A stretch of 64,000 bases of DNA from Octopus sinensis (lineage: Eukaryota), in contig NC_043003.1 of assembly GCF_006345805.1 (NCBI RefSeq), forward strand, positions 77,438,001-77,502,000, read 5' to 3'. Positions 24,621 through 37,427 of this stretch are shown in pieces (the stretch's first letter is position 1; every line of letters starts with the position of its first letter). The notes below the pieces were generated by a model that worked only from the letters and a program-made list of their open reading frames with translations, ran no database searches and was not told the origin of the DNA. The position numbers and the translations under genes were made by a program.

Positions 24621-25596
24621 ATGATGATCATGATAAACAAATATTTTTACCAGCTGCGCAGCGACTCAATGTTTAGTAACCTTGTACCGACGGAGTTCTT
24701 TTTAAGGTTAGCTTTATTAAGTGTTCTATGTCGTTAGTAAAGGATAAGTGAAAAAAGTCATAACAGACAGCTTTCATTATAGAGAGGCTTTGGATTCCAA
24801 GAAGATTGGGAACATAGAAAATGGTTGGGATCCGCTGGTGAAGAGTCTTTCCTTTTGGTGTGCGTCGAAACAAAGGTATTTTTTAGCAACGTAATCAAGA
24901 ATCTATGTTAAATTGTTCCATGCACAAGAAAGTCGAGAAAACACAACACAATACTTCACATAATAGAATAATTAACTGGAAACTTATCAACAACATTTGT
25001 TTCCAACATAATTTCCCGCAAAACAATCTAATTAAGCCTTTATTTTTTTATTTTATTGTTTGTTTTGATTTTACTTCTTTAAATTTTACCGGGATCAAAA
25101 TCAATTTTATCATCTTGAGTTGTATCGGTGTCGATCCTTCCGCCCCACCGCTAATTTCCTCTCTCATCTCCATGCTGGCTTTAATCGATGCCTGTTTACA
25201 GAATTTAGCATTTTTGAGAAATCTTAGAAGCTATTATTATTTATTCGACAAACTTTTGAGTTGATTTTTAAAGACATGAGAAACTGATTAAAATTCACCA
25301 ACTGTTGTATGCTCTCCTTTTCTCTCTCGCCTCTTGTACTCTCCCGCATCTCCCTCTCTCCTTTGTAGCACTCTCCCACTCTTTTGTCTCATTTATGTAT
25401 TATAAAGACTTCATTAAAGCCAGTTGTTATTGTTAATTTTGTGTGTGTGTGTGTGTGATTGTGCGCATGCACGCGTGTTTGCATGTGCATTTGTGTGTGT
25501 TAGTGTATTTGTGTGTTTATGTATTTGTGTGTGTATGTTTGTATATTCGTATTTGCGTGTTTAGACATGTATAGTTGCATGGCAGTGTGTTTAGGC

Positions 25597-25666
<70 letters not shown>

Positions 25667-26412
25667 ATTATATATATATATATATATGTGTGTGTGTATA
25701 TATATAAATATAGTTGTGTGCCAGTGTGTGATGTGTATTACTCTGTGTGTAGCGCAGGCTGTTGATATGTAAACCTACGCATTAGACACAGCAGTTGGTA
25801 AACATTGTACATTCCAGTAAACTTGGCAACCGAATGATGTTTAAATGTGCAGTAAATGGCACAAGAAGAAGGCAGATGGTCGGATCAATAGGTTAAACAG
25901 ATCAATAACATCATATACTATCATTGACAGTTTATCATGAAGTTGGACAAGACAGTTATCTTTTAAATTACCCAATCAGTAAAGAAGTACTGTTTGGTAG
26001 AGACAACTTACTGTTATAGGCAGCGGGAGCACAGTAATATTGACGAGTGTTCCATTAATTTGCAGTGTTCAGTCCCACTGTGTGGCACCTTGGGCAAGTG
26101 TCTTCTACTATAGCCTTCGGGTGACCAAAGCCATGTCAGTGGATTTGGTTGACGGAAACTGAAGGAAGTCTGTCTTATATGTATATATTTATGTGTGTGT
26201 ATTTATGTCTGCGTTTGTTTTCCCCCACCATCGCTTAGAAATCGATGGTGGTGTGTTTACGTCCCCGTAACTCTGCGGTTCGGCAGAAGACATTAATAGA
26301 ATAAGCACCAGGCTTACAAAGAATGAGACCAAGGGTAGATTTCTTCAACGGAAAGGCGGTACTCTAGCATGGTCACACTCAAATGACTGAAACAAGTAAC
26401 AGAGTAAAAGAG

Positions 26413-26518
<106 letters not shown>

Positions 26519-26525
26519 TATATAT

Positions 26526-26557
<32 letters not shown>

Positions 26558-26894
26558 ATATATATATATATTATATATATATACATATGTATATATATGT
26601 ATATATATATTATATATATATGTATATATATATACACATATGTATATATATGTATATATATATGTATATATATATATATACATATGGATATATATGTATA
26701 TATATATGTATATATATTATATATATATATCATCATCATCATCATCATCATTAGCGTCCGTTCTCCATGCTAGCATGGGTTGGACGGTTCAACTGGGGTC
26801 TGTGAAGCTGGAAGGCTTCATCAGGCCCAGTCAGATCTGGCAGTGTTTCTACGGCTGGATGCCCTTCCTAACGCCAACCACTCCGTGAGTGTAG

Positions 26895-27545
26895 TGGGTG
26901 CTTTTTACGTGCCACCTGCACAGGTGCCAGACAGAGCTGGCAAACGGCCACGAACGGATGGTGCTTTTACGTGTCACCGGCACGGGGCCAGGCGAGGCTG
27001 GCAACGGACACGAACGGATGGTGCTTTTACGTGCCACCAACACGGGGGCCAGACAGAGCTGGCAAACGGCTACGAACGGATGGTGCTTTTACATGTCACC
27101 GGCACGGGGGCCAGGCGAGGCTGGCAACGGACACGAACGGATGGTGCTTTTACATGTCACCGACATGGGGGCCAGACAAGGCTGGCAAACGGACACGAAC
27201 GGATGGTGCTTTTACGTGTCACCGGCACGGGGGCCAGACAGAGCTGGCAAAAGGCCACGAACGGATGGTGCTTTTACGTGTCACCGGCACGGGGGCCAGA
27301 CAGAGCTGGCAAACGGCCACAAACGGATGGTGCTTTTACGTGTCACCGGCACGGGGGCCAGGCCAGGCTGGCAACGAACACGAACGGATGGTGCTTTTAC
27401 ATGTCACCGACATGGGGGCCAGATAGGGCTGGCAAACGGACACGAACGGATGGTGCTTTTACGTGCCACCGACACGGGGGCCAGACAGGGCTGGCAAACG
27501 GCTACGAACGGATGGTACTTTTACGTGTCACCTGCACGGGGGCCC
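26895..27545. repeat. Tandem array of about 10.5 units of 60-62 bp in the LINE 3' UTR
   Basis: Core gaacggatggtgcttttac recurs at about 26952, 27012, 27074, 27135, 27197, 27259, 27321, 27382, 27444, 27506. Confidence 0.95.
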
Positions 27546-27592
27546 TGATGTTGATCGACCTCAATTTGGTTTGATCTTGATTTTGACTGTTC

Positions 27593-29700
27593 TCACTGGT
27601 CTTGCCGGGTTTTCTCACGCACAGCATACCTCCAAAGGTCTCGGTCACTGGTCATTTCCTTGGTGAGACCTAAAGTTCGAAGGTCGTGCTTCACCGCCTC
27701 GACCCAGGTTTTCCTGGGTCTACCTCTTCCACAGGTCCCCTCAACTGCCAGGGTGTGGCACTTTCGCACACAACTATCTTCAGCCATTCTCATCACATGA
27801 CCATACCAGCGCATACGTCTCTCTTGCACACCACAACTGATGCTTCTTAGGTTCAACTTTTCTCTCAAGGTACTTACACTCTGTCGATTATGAACACTGA
27901 CGTTACACATCCATCGGAGAATACTAGCTTCATTTCTTGCGAGCTTACGCAAATCCTCAGCAGTCACAGCCCAAGTTTCACTACCATGTAGCATGGCTGT
28001 ACGTACACATGCATCATACAGTCTGCCTTTTACTTTGAGCGAGAGGCATTTTGTCACCAGCAGGGGTTAGAGCTCTCTAAACTTTGCCCAGGCTATTCTT
28101 ACTCTAGCAGTTATACTTTCAGCGCACCCGCCCCCGCTACTGACTTGGTCACCTAGGTAACGGAAACTATCAACTACTTCTAGCTTTTCTCCCTGGAAAG
28201 TGGCGGAAGTTGGTCTCAGAGCATTTTCAGTGTTAATTGTTCCTGAGCATCTGCCACATACAAAAACCATCTTCCTAGTTAGCCTTCCTTTGACATTGCT
28301 GCACCTCTTATGTGTCCATAGCTTACACTTGGTGCATCTTATAGAGTTTCTACCTACACTTTTCTACAGATCGAGCAGGGCCATCTACCTGAAGGCGTTT
28401 GTGATTGGTCTACCTTCCTACTTATTAGGACTTTGGTTTTGGATAGGTTGATTCTAAGGCCCTTCGATTCTAAACCTTGTTTCCATACCTGAAACTTCTC
28501 CTCTAGTTCTGATAGAGACTCAGCAATTAGAGCAAGGTCATCAGCATAGAGGAGCTCCAAGGGGCATCCTGTCTTGAATTCCTCCGTTATTGCCTGGAGG
28601 ACTATGATAAATAGGAGGGGACTGAGGACTGAACCTTGGTGGACCCCAACCTCTACCCTGAATTCTTCACTGTACTCGGTGCCAACCCTCACCTTACTAG
28701 CAGCGTCTCTGTACATGGCTTGTACAGCTTTCACTAACCATTCATCTATCCCTAGTTTCCTCATTGACCACCAGATGAGGGATCGGGGGACCCTGTCGAA
28801 GCTTTCTCCATATCAACAAAAGCCAGGTATAGGGGCTTGTCTTTGGCTAGGTATTTCTCTTGCAGCTGTCTTACCATGAAAATAGCATCAGTAGTACTTT
28901 TCCCTGGCACGAACCCAAACTGCATCTGATCTAGGCTAACTCTCTCTCTAATTAGTTGGGCTATAACCCTCTCCGTAACCTTCATTACCTGATCCAGCAG
29001 CTTGATACCCCAGTAGCTATTTGTATCTAGGGCGTCACCTTTACCTTTGTAGCAGCTGACTATTATGCTGCTACACCAGTCATTGGGAATGACTCCTTCG
29101 TGTATCACCTGGTTAACTATACGGGTGACTAGGCTATAGCCGACACTACCAGATATTTTGAGCATCTCTGCAGTAATTCCTGATGGGCCTGGGGCTTTCC
29201 CTGTTTTCATGCTTTTAATTGCCTTATCTACTAAGGAACTGTCAACTCGGATTGCTGGTCCCTCTGTTGGGTCAACATTCGGCAGACTCTCTTTATCCCA
29301 TTCATTTTCCTCATTCAGCAACCTTTCATAGTGGCTTCTCCAAACCTCTCTCTTTGCCTCCTTATTTAGCGCAAGTGAGCCGTCATCCGTGCGAACACAT
29401 TTTTCTCCTACCACGTCACGATTCTCTCTCACACACTGTCTTGCTATACGAAATACCTCAAGTCTTTCATCCTCACGGCGCAGGACATTGGCAAATTTTT
29501 TCCTATCTGCTTCCCCTCTGGCTAAATAAACCTGCCTCCTAGCTTCCCTTCTTGCAGTCTGATACACTTCCCTGCTACCACCGTTCTTCCAGTCCTTCCA
29601 AGCCTGTTTCTTTTGTCTAATAGCCCTGTCAGCAGTATTGTTCCACCACCACGTTATTTTGGGTCTTGTGGGGACTTTGCACCAGCCACAGATCTGGTCA
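27593..29700 (-). pseudogene. RTE reverse transcriptase pseudogene (frameshifted)
   Basis: GKAPGPSGITAEMLK, QFGFVPGKSTTDAIF, AFVDMEKA, GVHQGSVLSPLLF, LYADDL, FRYLG, MLHGSETW, RMRWYGHV, GRGRPRKTW across four ORF-track pieces. Confidence 0.93.
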
Positions 29701-29837
29701 GTGATATATATATATATATATAGCAATTAAGGACAACTACTTAATAAGGAAAACTTAACAAGAAATTGTCAGGTAGATAGCGTAAAAACCTCATAAGAGA
29801 AAAAATTTCGAAAATAATTATTTCTTATTGAACATAT

Positions 29838-30146
29838 TAATTTATATATAGAGGGCATTATATATACATGCCAGGAGGCATTGTATATACATGTCAAACG
29901 CTAAGAGGGACAATCAGTCATTTCTACCAAAAATATTACTAATCCCACCGAATGCAATTTTTCAAAGTAAGACATTTAAAAATATGTGATACAGGTCTAT
30001 ATTTTTAAATGTCTTACTTTGAAAAATTGCATTCGGTGGGATTAGTAATATTTTTGGTAGAAATGACTGATTGTCCCTCTTAGCGTTTGGCATGTATATA
30101 CAATGCCTCCTGGCATGTATGTATAATGCCCTCTATATATAAATTA
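29838..30146. repeat. Fold-back: 148-bp arms with 13-nt spacer, next to (TA)n
   Basis: 29838-29985 vs 29999-30146, two mismatches. Confidence 0.95.
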
Positions 30147-30162
30147 TATATATATATATATA

Positions 30163-30231
<69 letters not shown>

Positions 30232-30232
30232 A

Positions 30233-30692
30233 TATAAGCAAGAAAATAGCAACAAAAATGGATCAATATTTCGGTACAATTGTTTTGTATGAAGACACCT
30301 TTATTAAGGCTGCAAATATTGAGTATGAAATCTCTCCTCATATCTCCAGAATTCAAACATTCTTCATTATTATGGATGGATTTACATTTTCAATTTCTGT
30401 GAAACTAAGAGGTTTTTTAAAATACTTTTTTAAAGCCTGTTAATTGACTGTGCAACATTAGAGAACTTTGGATGTTCGTGTATCTAAATCTGATTTTTAT
30501 AGAACTATCCCGAATGTTTCATGAGTGTAACCTCACCCCCTTAGATGTTTTGAGAACTCAGATGTTTTTTCGGCTGATGAGTACGGGCCACGTGTATTTG
30601 CTGCAATATTTGCAGCCTTAATAAAGGTGTCTTCGTACGAAACAATTGTACCGAAATATTGATCCATTTTTGTTGCTTTTTTCTTGCTTATA
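30233..30692. repeat. Inverted repeat: 89-bp arms (30233-30321, 30604-30692) overlapping a hammerhead
   Basis: Three mismatches, two consistent with CpG decay in the left arm; the wider segment is bounded by (TA)n. Confidence 0.9.
30568..30656 (+). ncRNA. Type I hammerhead with extended stem-loop II
   Basis: TTTCGG-CTGATGA-GTACG-[48 nt]-CGTAC-GAAA-CAATTG-TA^CCGAAA: canonical G10.1-C11.1, palindromic ACAATTGT helix III. Confidence 0.78.
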
Positions 30693-30806
30693 ATCACCCC
30701 GCATTATCTTATGGTTAATACCATATAGATTTCTGGTGCATCTAAGTTAAGTACCTCATTCATGTGAATTCAACAGAACTCACTTGAATCTTAATTACTT
30801 TTACTG

Positions 30807-30892
<86 letters not shown>

Positions 30893-31056
30893 GAAAGTTG
30901 GTTTGTGAAAGCACGTGGGTGAATATATAGAAAATAGTAAAGAGTGAAAAAACGACAGAAGGCTTAAATGTTAAAAAATATATATATTTGCGTCAATATG
31001 TCTGAAGAATATTAGAAAAAAAAAAATTTTTTTTCTCTTATAATGACATAATTTAA

Positions 31057-31095
31057 AAGAAAGACCGGTTTCGCGTGTAGCTTTTCAAATTTCTT
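31057..31095 (-). ncRNA. Minimal hammerhead-like motif (U3-A8 variant) in the Penelope 3' UTR
   Basis: AAGAAA-t-TTGAAAA-GC-tacac-GC-GAAA-CCGG-TC^TTTCTT; palindromic ACCGGT helix III; one extra U before the core; 2-bp helix II. Confidence 0.6.
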
Positions 31096-31204
31096 GCGAC
31101 ATTATGTTTATGTTGAATAGAGTTATCGTTATGTTTATGTTCAGGAGAGTTCTAAATAAGGGGAGGTAGTGAGTGATTTCTTCCGGTGTAAGGGAGATAA
31201 TCGC

Positions 31205-31940
31205 TTAAAAAATTTTTCCTTTCCCTTGGTGTGAATTTCTCTGTATCAGTATGTTCGGATGGTTGAGTCTGGGCTTGTACTTTTCAATGAAGAATGTTTC
31301 CTTGTTTAGTCTAATTTGTGTTGATGATCCGAAAGCACATTGGTAAAATGGAAAGATTAAAAATTGTGGTAGTAGTTGCTTTGCGCATTTCTCAATGTGC
31401 TCACTAAAAGGTATCATTCTATATTCTGGGAATGCAATCTGTTGTCGATACAGTGTGCATCTACGTCTGAGTGATAGTCCCGTGGAACCCACGTAGTCTT
31501 GGTGGCAGCCCGAGCATTTTATGACATAAATTATGTTTTCAGAGGCACAAGTAAAGTTAGATTTGATCTTGAATTTCTGTCCCTCTTTAAAGAGGAATTC
31601 TGATCCTTCTAGCAGGTTAGGACATGTTGCACAGTTCGATCTACCACATTTTTTTTACTTTTGCATCCGTAATTTCAGAAGACAATTTTGCCTTTGTGAG
31701 AATCTTTTAAGTGATTTAGGCTGTTTGTAGCTTTTAATGATTTGGTGTATGTTTAGAATTTCCTTTAATTTGGGGTCTTTATGAAGTATTGGTAAATTCT
31801 GGGTGATGATGGTGAAGGCTTCTTTGATTCTGGGGTTGTATGTAGATATGTAAGGTAGTATTTTCGGGGAAGGTGTGTTGTTGTGTTGAACTTTTCTTAA
31901 AGTTTCTATGTTGATTTCTGTTGCACGTCTGATCCCATCC
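31205..31940 (-). pseudogene. Penelope-like RT-thumb/linker and GIY-YIG endonuclease, one frameshift
   Basis: LPYISTYNPR, KSYKQPKSLK, CGRSNCATC linker, FTCASENIIYVIKCSGCHQDYVGSTG, RLNKETFFIEKYKPRLN. Confidence 0.9.
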
Positions 31941-32182
31941 TAATTGACAGACATTACCCAGCTCAACTCATGCGTCCGTGTTTGTCCCCACAATATCGCT
32001 CGACAACCGATGCTGGTATGTTTACGTCGCCGTAGCTTAGCGGTTCAGCAAAAGAGCCCGATAGAATAAGTACTAGGCTTACAAAGAATCAGTTCTGGGG
32101 TCGATTTGTTCGATTAAAGGCGGTGCTCCAGCATGGCCGCAGTCAAATGAATGAAACAAGAAAAAGAGTAAAAGAGTAATAA

Positions 32183-33047
32183 TACTGTAAAACACAAGTT
32201 TTGTTCTTGGGTAGCAACTGTTATTTCCCATTTGCTTACCCCTAGAAAGTATAAACGATGGCTAATATTTCCTGCAAACTTTGCTTTTGTTACATTTATT
32301 CAAACCCCAAAGAATACTTCCCAACACATGGCTATGATGCTCCCCCACTACTCCTGCTCATGATCATCGATGCACATACTGTCAATCACTAAGGGACATG
32401 CTCAAGTAGTTAAGGTCAAACAACTGACTAGCAAATTTGTGGTATTGACTGCTATAACGATATTTCTGCTCCAGCAACTCAATGTTGAATCTATCTGAAA
32501 TGTAATCTTTATATATAAAAGTCAAGTTGTGTGTCTGTCTCCTACGATTTAGATTCCTAACTACTCCCACATTTTGCGGTGCAGTGTAACCAAAAGCGGG
32601 TATCTTATAGTCGTGATTCATATCGAGCCTACGATGAGTCTACGATTTTAAAAATAATTTATCATCATTTTTTCCATTTTAATGCATTTTTTCCGCTATT
32701 ATATAAGGGAAGTAACTCTCTAAAAATGTCTACGATGAGTCAACGATTAAAAAAAAAATTACCATCATTTTTTTCCCATTTTTAATGCATTTTTTTGCTA
32801 ATTTTTGGTTATAACTCTCTAAAAATGCTTATATAGTTATTTCCCTTACAAACCCGAGCAACGCCGGGCGATACTGCTAGTGGAGAATAAATCAGTTTGA
32901 AAACATTGATGTCCGGATCACAAAAGCAAAGTATGAAGTAATAGTAGTCATTTCCTTTGATGTCTAGATAAAAGCAAATAGGAAATGATACCTACTGAGT
33001 TAAGACAATAGATAAATAAATAATTAAAAATTTTGTTACACACTGTG
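32183..33047. mobile_element. Non-autonomous Chapaev3-like element interrupted by a Helitron
   Basis: Reverse-complement homology to 9966-10402 on both sides of 32506-32879. Confidence 0.7.
32506..32879 (+). mobile_element. Non-autonomous Helitron-like element
   Basis: A|TCTTTATATATAAAAG start; CCCG-agcaacgc-CGGG hairpin; CTAG|T end; no TSD. Confidence 0.85.
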
Positions 33048-33754
33048 ATGGGAATTACTTTGTGACGTATTTGGAAATGCGCATCTTGTGCACAGTTTAC
33101 TGAATATGTATTCTGTTGGTTACTTTAATAAAGTGAATTGTAATATGGGTGTGATGTACAGTAGATAATACGTAGCTAAGGAATATTAGGGAGGAAGGAA
33201 GCGTTGTATCACTTTTGTAAGAGCATATGCAGTTGGATGTGGTGGCAAAGGAGGCATTGACGTGTAAATGGAAGAAAGTATAGGACAAAACTAACCGCCG
33301 CTTTCTCTACTGGCAGATGCTTTTGATATAAAAATCGGTGGTATTTTACGACAATTTATTCAGAATTCCTGGTAAAACCTTTGTCCTTTTCTTTCGAAAC
33401 ATCTGAAATTGACTGAAACTACAGAAGTCATTAGTTTTTGTTCTTCAATTTAAATAAACGTCCAAGGGAAATTTGGCATTATGATTTTGTGTCGCAGCTT
33501 ACTGCCGTTATTCATTACACTAAGGACTCTAATAATGGTTTCAAGTTTTGGCACAATGCCTGAAATTTCGATGGAGCGGGTAGGTTGATTACATCGACCT
33601 TAGTACTCGACTGTTGCTTATTTTATCGACCCCGAAAGGATGAAAAGCAATGTCGATTTCGGCGGAATTTGAACTCAGAATGTAAAGACAAACGAAATAC
33701 TGCTAAGCATTATGACCGGTGTGCTAACGATTCTTCCTGCTTGTCGCCTTATCA

Positions 33755-34040
33755 AGGACTCTAAAAATAGCGTAGCTGATGCTTTATCCCATGTTCATGT
33801 GAATTCTCTGTACTCCAATTATTCTATCGATTTTGAAAAATTAGCTATGGACCAAGAATCGGATGACGAACTGCTACAACTAAAGAACTCTGTGTCATCT
33901 TTAGAATTTTGTCTAGTTCCCCTGCTGCTTCCACAAAGCATATTTGGTGCGATATTTCTACTAGTCATGAACGACCCATTGTACCTTCTAAACATAGACG
34001 CTTATTTTCTTTCTGCTTTTCACAATTTATCTCGCCCTAT
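33755..34040 (+). mobile_element. Gypsy/Ty3 pol fragment (RNase H end to integrase N-terminal linker)
   Basis: KNSVADALSH, IDFEKLAMDQESDDEL, then with frameshifts IWCDISTSHERPIVP, FHNLSRP. Confidence 0.75.
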
Positions 34041-34115
34041 TGACAGACTTTTTTTAAAAAAAGGCTTTCATTTATGCAAATACACCTTACATCTTCACAC
34101 ACAACAACAAAAATA

Positions 34116-34566
34116 CGAGGGTAAGCTGAAAAGATCATAGGCTGACTATGAAGGAATTATGCTAGAGCTATAAAATCCTGCATGGCTTAATCTAAACTCT
34201 CCATATTGTTTCTTTCCAGTTAAACTGACACCTGACTGTTTAAGGAACACTTCAAAAGGAAATTAATCAGTTGCTACTTCTCCCGAAATTTTGCAAAATT
34301 TGGCATCGTGGTGTTATCAAGTATCTACAGAAGAAAAGGGTTTACCCCTCACTACAAGGACATTCATGCTGACATGGTTGCTACATTAGGGGATGACGCT
34401 CCAGATTTACCGACAGCGCAAAAGTGAGCAACTGAATTTAGGAGGGGAATGCAAAGTCTTGAAGATGACCTAAGATGTGAACGTCCTGTAACTGCCACCA
34501 CCGAGGAAAACATCGATCATGTTCACCACATGGTGATGGATGATAGGCGATTGACTATAAATCAAA
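34116..34566 (+). mobile_element. Mariner 5' end and transposase N-terminus
   Basis: TA|CGAGGG terminus; HRGVIKYLQKK, DIHADMVATLGDDAP, SLEDDLRCERPVTATTEENIDHVHHMVMDDRRLT. Confidence 0.85.
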
Positions 34567-36201
34567 CTAGAGCTACTCAGTACTCCACGCGAAATAATGT
34601 CACTTTGCTTAGTGCATCGGTCTCTCGCCTTCTTTCCTTTTGTCTTACTTAACATTGTTATATCATGTTCAGTAAAAAATACCAACCTTGAATTGTTATG
34701 TGGAATCACGCACACATTACTTATAAGCAGTAGTTTTTAACATTTTAAAACTTTTTCTCCTTTAATAATTATACACTTTCATAATATCATCCAGTATGTC
34801 GTGCTAGAAAAGATCTCTATTATGTGTACTGTTTCATGGAAGTCGTTCCATTAAATAAGTTATATGTGCACATGTAAATACAAACCATGCCTGTGAAATA
34901 AAATATATGAAAACCCGAGAATTAGTATGATCATTCTTGTCTTCTTATGCATCCTACTTCGAATTGAGGACTACAAACGAAGAGTTATTGACTGAAAATC
35001 CACACTAAAAGATAACGGAATCTTAGGTAAATCATATAAGTAAAAGACGGGATAGTCATGGCTGGAACTCTTTTGATCTTGATCTTAAGTCTACTCGATC
35101 ATGGCCGACCAGGAGTTACACAACAGCAGCAGCAACAACAACAAATAAATAATCGTTGTAAATATGAATTAAAAATCAGACAACAACTTTTCGTTGGCTT
35201 GAATCCAGGATGTTGCTTCTCATCTGTAAAAGTTATCGATTTCTACAGATAACAAATGTAAACAATCGATCAGTTAAACAGCGAAATTTAAGAGCATTCA
35301 ATAGTTTTAACATTCCTTATAATCTATCCAAGAAAGCGATTGTCTGTTATTTTTATATTTTCCTTTTTTTTTTTTTTATTTATTTCTCAAGTGTCTAGGA
35401 TTCACCATGTTGTCTATCGTAGAAACACTACATATTAATTTCCGGAGGAAATATTCATACGGGATCGACGAAACCCTATAGATGTTTACAAATAGATATT
35501 ATCACCCAATAAATCGAAATAAAAATGTCCCGACTATTTCAGAGTAGTGTTGGCACGACTGTTTATGAGATTAGTCGTAACTTCTCTCACAAGGAAAGAC
35601 TAATTTCCGATTCATTATTTAAACCTTACGAAATATAGTTAAATATCCAACGTATTTTATTTCAAAACACCATTGCCTTTCCCTATTAATTTCCCCCATT
35701 GTTACAAGTGACGACTACTGTCGGTTGCGAATAAAATTATTCAGCATGGAAAAGTTAGATTATTTCTGAGTCATATTAAATATAGTTCACATACTTTTAC
35801 ATTTCTTATTTCCATTTGGATTCATACTTCTATGAAATGTAAACACTATTTTAGGATGCCTCAGCGAATTACTCCCTAGTTGCTGCAATTGCACTATACT
35901 GTCTTTAAAAAGTAGGACTCAATAAACAATATAATTCTACATACACTACATCTAAAAGAAAAAACAACAAAAAACAGGTTGGAACGGTCGCAACTTGAAT
36001 GCTTTTGAATATAAGTTGATTTGGACCAAAAACAACAACTACAGCCATTATTATTTAATATATATACGGGCTAATAAGAGAGAGAGATGAAGCGGTGCCC
36101 AGCAAGAAATAATAGCCAAATCATACCACACCGTTTTGAATATAGACGAATGTAGCGGAATGGTTATGATTCTGAAAAGTAAGCTAATCGACAGTAACAA
36201 T

Positions 36202-36256
<55 letters not shown>

Positions 36257-36838
36257 CTCGTATTGTATTTTTTTGTACATGTATTTTTATCTTGTATTTT
36301 ATTTTCTAATTTTATTTGTATCGTTTTTACGTCCTGTTTGTGTTACATTTTTTTTCTTTCTTCATTTTTTTCTTTCTTTGTTTTTACCCCTCTGCGAAGT
36401 AATTTTATTTAATTCTCTCGCAGGAAGGGCTAGTTTGACGAGTCGTGTTCTGTCCTACCTTCGAAACACGCTAGAGTTGAACTAGGGACAGCTGATGAAG
36501 GAGATTTTTCCTTGTGTAGTCTGTCCTGTACTCTGTTTTTTGTTGTAAAATAATTGTCTGTTCCTTGCTTGTTTTTCCGTTTTCGTTTCTCGTTGAGTTC
36601 TACGTCTATTTGTGATGTCCTGTACTCACGTATATATATTTATATATGCATGTATATATACATGTAGATGTAGGTACGTACATATATGTATGTATGTATG
36701 TATGTATGCATATATTTTAATTATTACACTTTTGTATGACTGAGCGCCTTCGCGTCGATTCGATTCGATTCGTTCGTTTCGTTCCGTTCTCCTTCTCCAA
36801 GTACTGATTATATATATATATTATATATATATATATAT

Positions 36839-36872
<34 letters not shown>

Positions 36873-36889
36873 GTATATATATAAGCAGT

Positions 36890-37206
36890 AGTGAAGGGTT
36901 AGTGGTTAGGGCATTCGGCTCACGATTGTAAGGTCGTGAGTTCGATTCCTGGCGACACGTTGTGTCCTTGAGCAAGACACTTTATTTCACATTGCTCCAG
37001 TTCACTCAGCTGGTAAAAGTGAGTTGTACTTGTATTTCAAAGGGCCGGCCTTGTCACACTCTGTGTCACGCTGAATCTCCCTGAGAACTACGTTACGGGT
37101 ACGCGTGTCTTCGGATTGCTCAGCCACTTGCACGTTAATTTCACGAGCAAGCTGTTCCGTTGATCGTATCAGCTGGGACCCTCGTCGACGTAACCGACGG
37201 AGTGCT

Positions 37207-37207
<1 letters not shown>
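36890..37207 (+). mobile_element. tRNA-derived SINE, family A
   Basis: A and B boxes and body shared with 52644-52968(+) and 8300-8620(-); other copies at 11150-11325, 39290-39465, 59280-59430. Confidence 0.85.
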
Positions 37208-37250
<43 letters not shown>

Positions 37251-37373
37251 ATAATAAATATTAAGGAATAAATCCAAACTTACAGGAAAAATCAGATTTA
37301 GGATTGAATCCAATTTTATAGTAAAATATTATATTATATTGCATAATAGTGGTTTTGTCTCTAATTTAATATA

Positions 37374-37415
<42 letters not shown>

Positions 37416-37427
37416 ATATATTTATGT

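Larger units (their letters stand above)
26727..29700 (-). mobile_element. 5'-truncated RTE-clade LINE with 3' UTR and (ATG)n tail
   Basis: RT ORF pieces, long 3' UTR, (CAT)n at 26727-26750 on +, (TA)n on both sides. Confidence 0.95.
30880..31946 (-). mobile_element. Penelope-like element 3' fragment (endonuclease plus 3' UTR/pLTR)
   Basis: GIY-YIG remnant, hammerhead-like motif in the 3' UTR, 3' end abuts (TA)n/(GATA)n. Confidence 0.88.

Noticed and set aside
26895-27545. CRISPR-like regular array
   Set aside because: Units are contiguous and homologous along their whole length with no unique spacers; eukaryotic context, no cas genes.
26780-27574. Three overlapping long + strand ORFs (264, 216, 151 aa)
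   Set aside because: They arise from a stop-free GC-rich tandem array antisense to the LINE 3' UTR.
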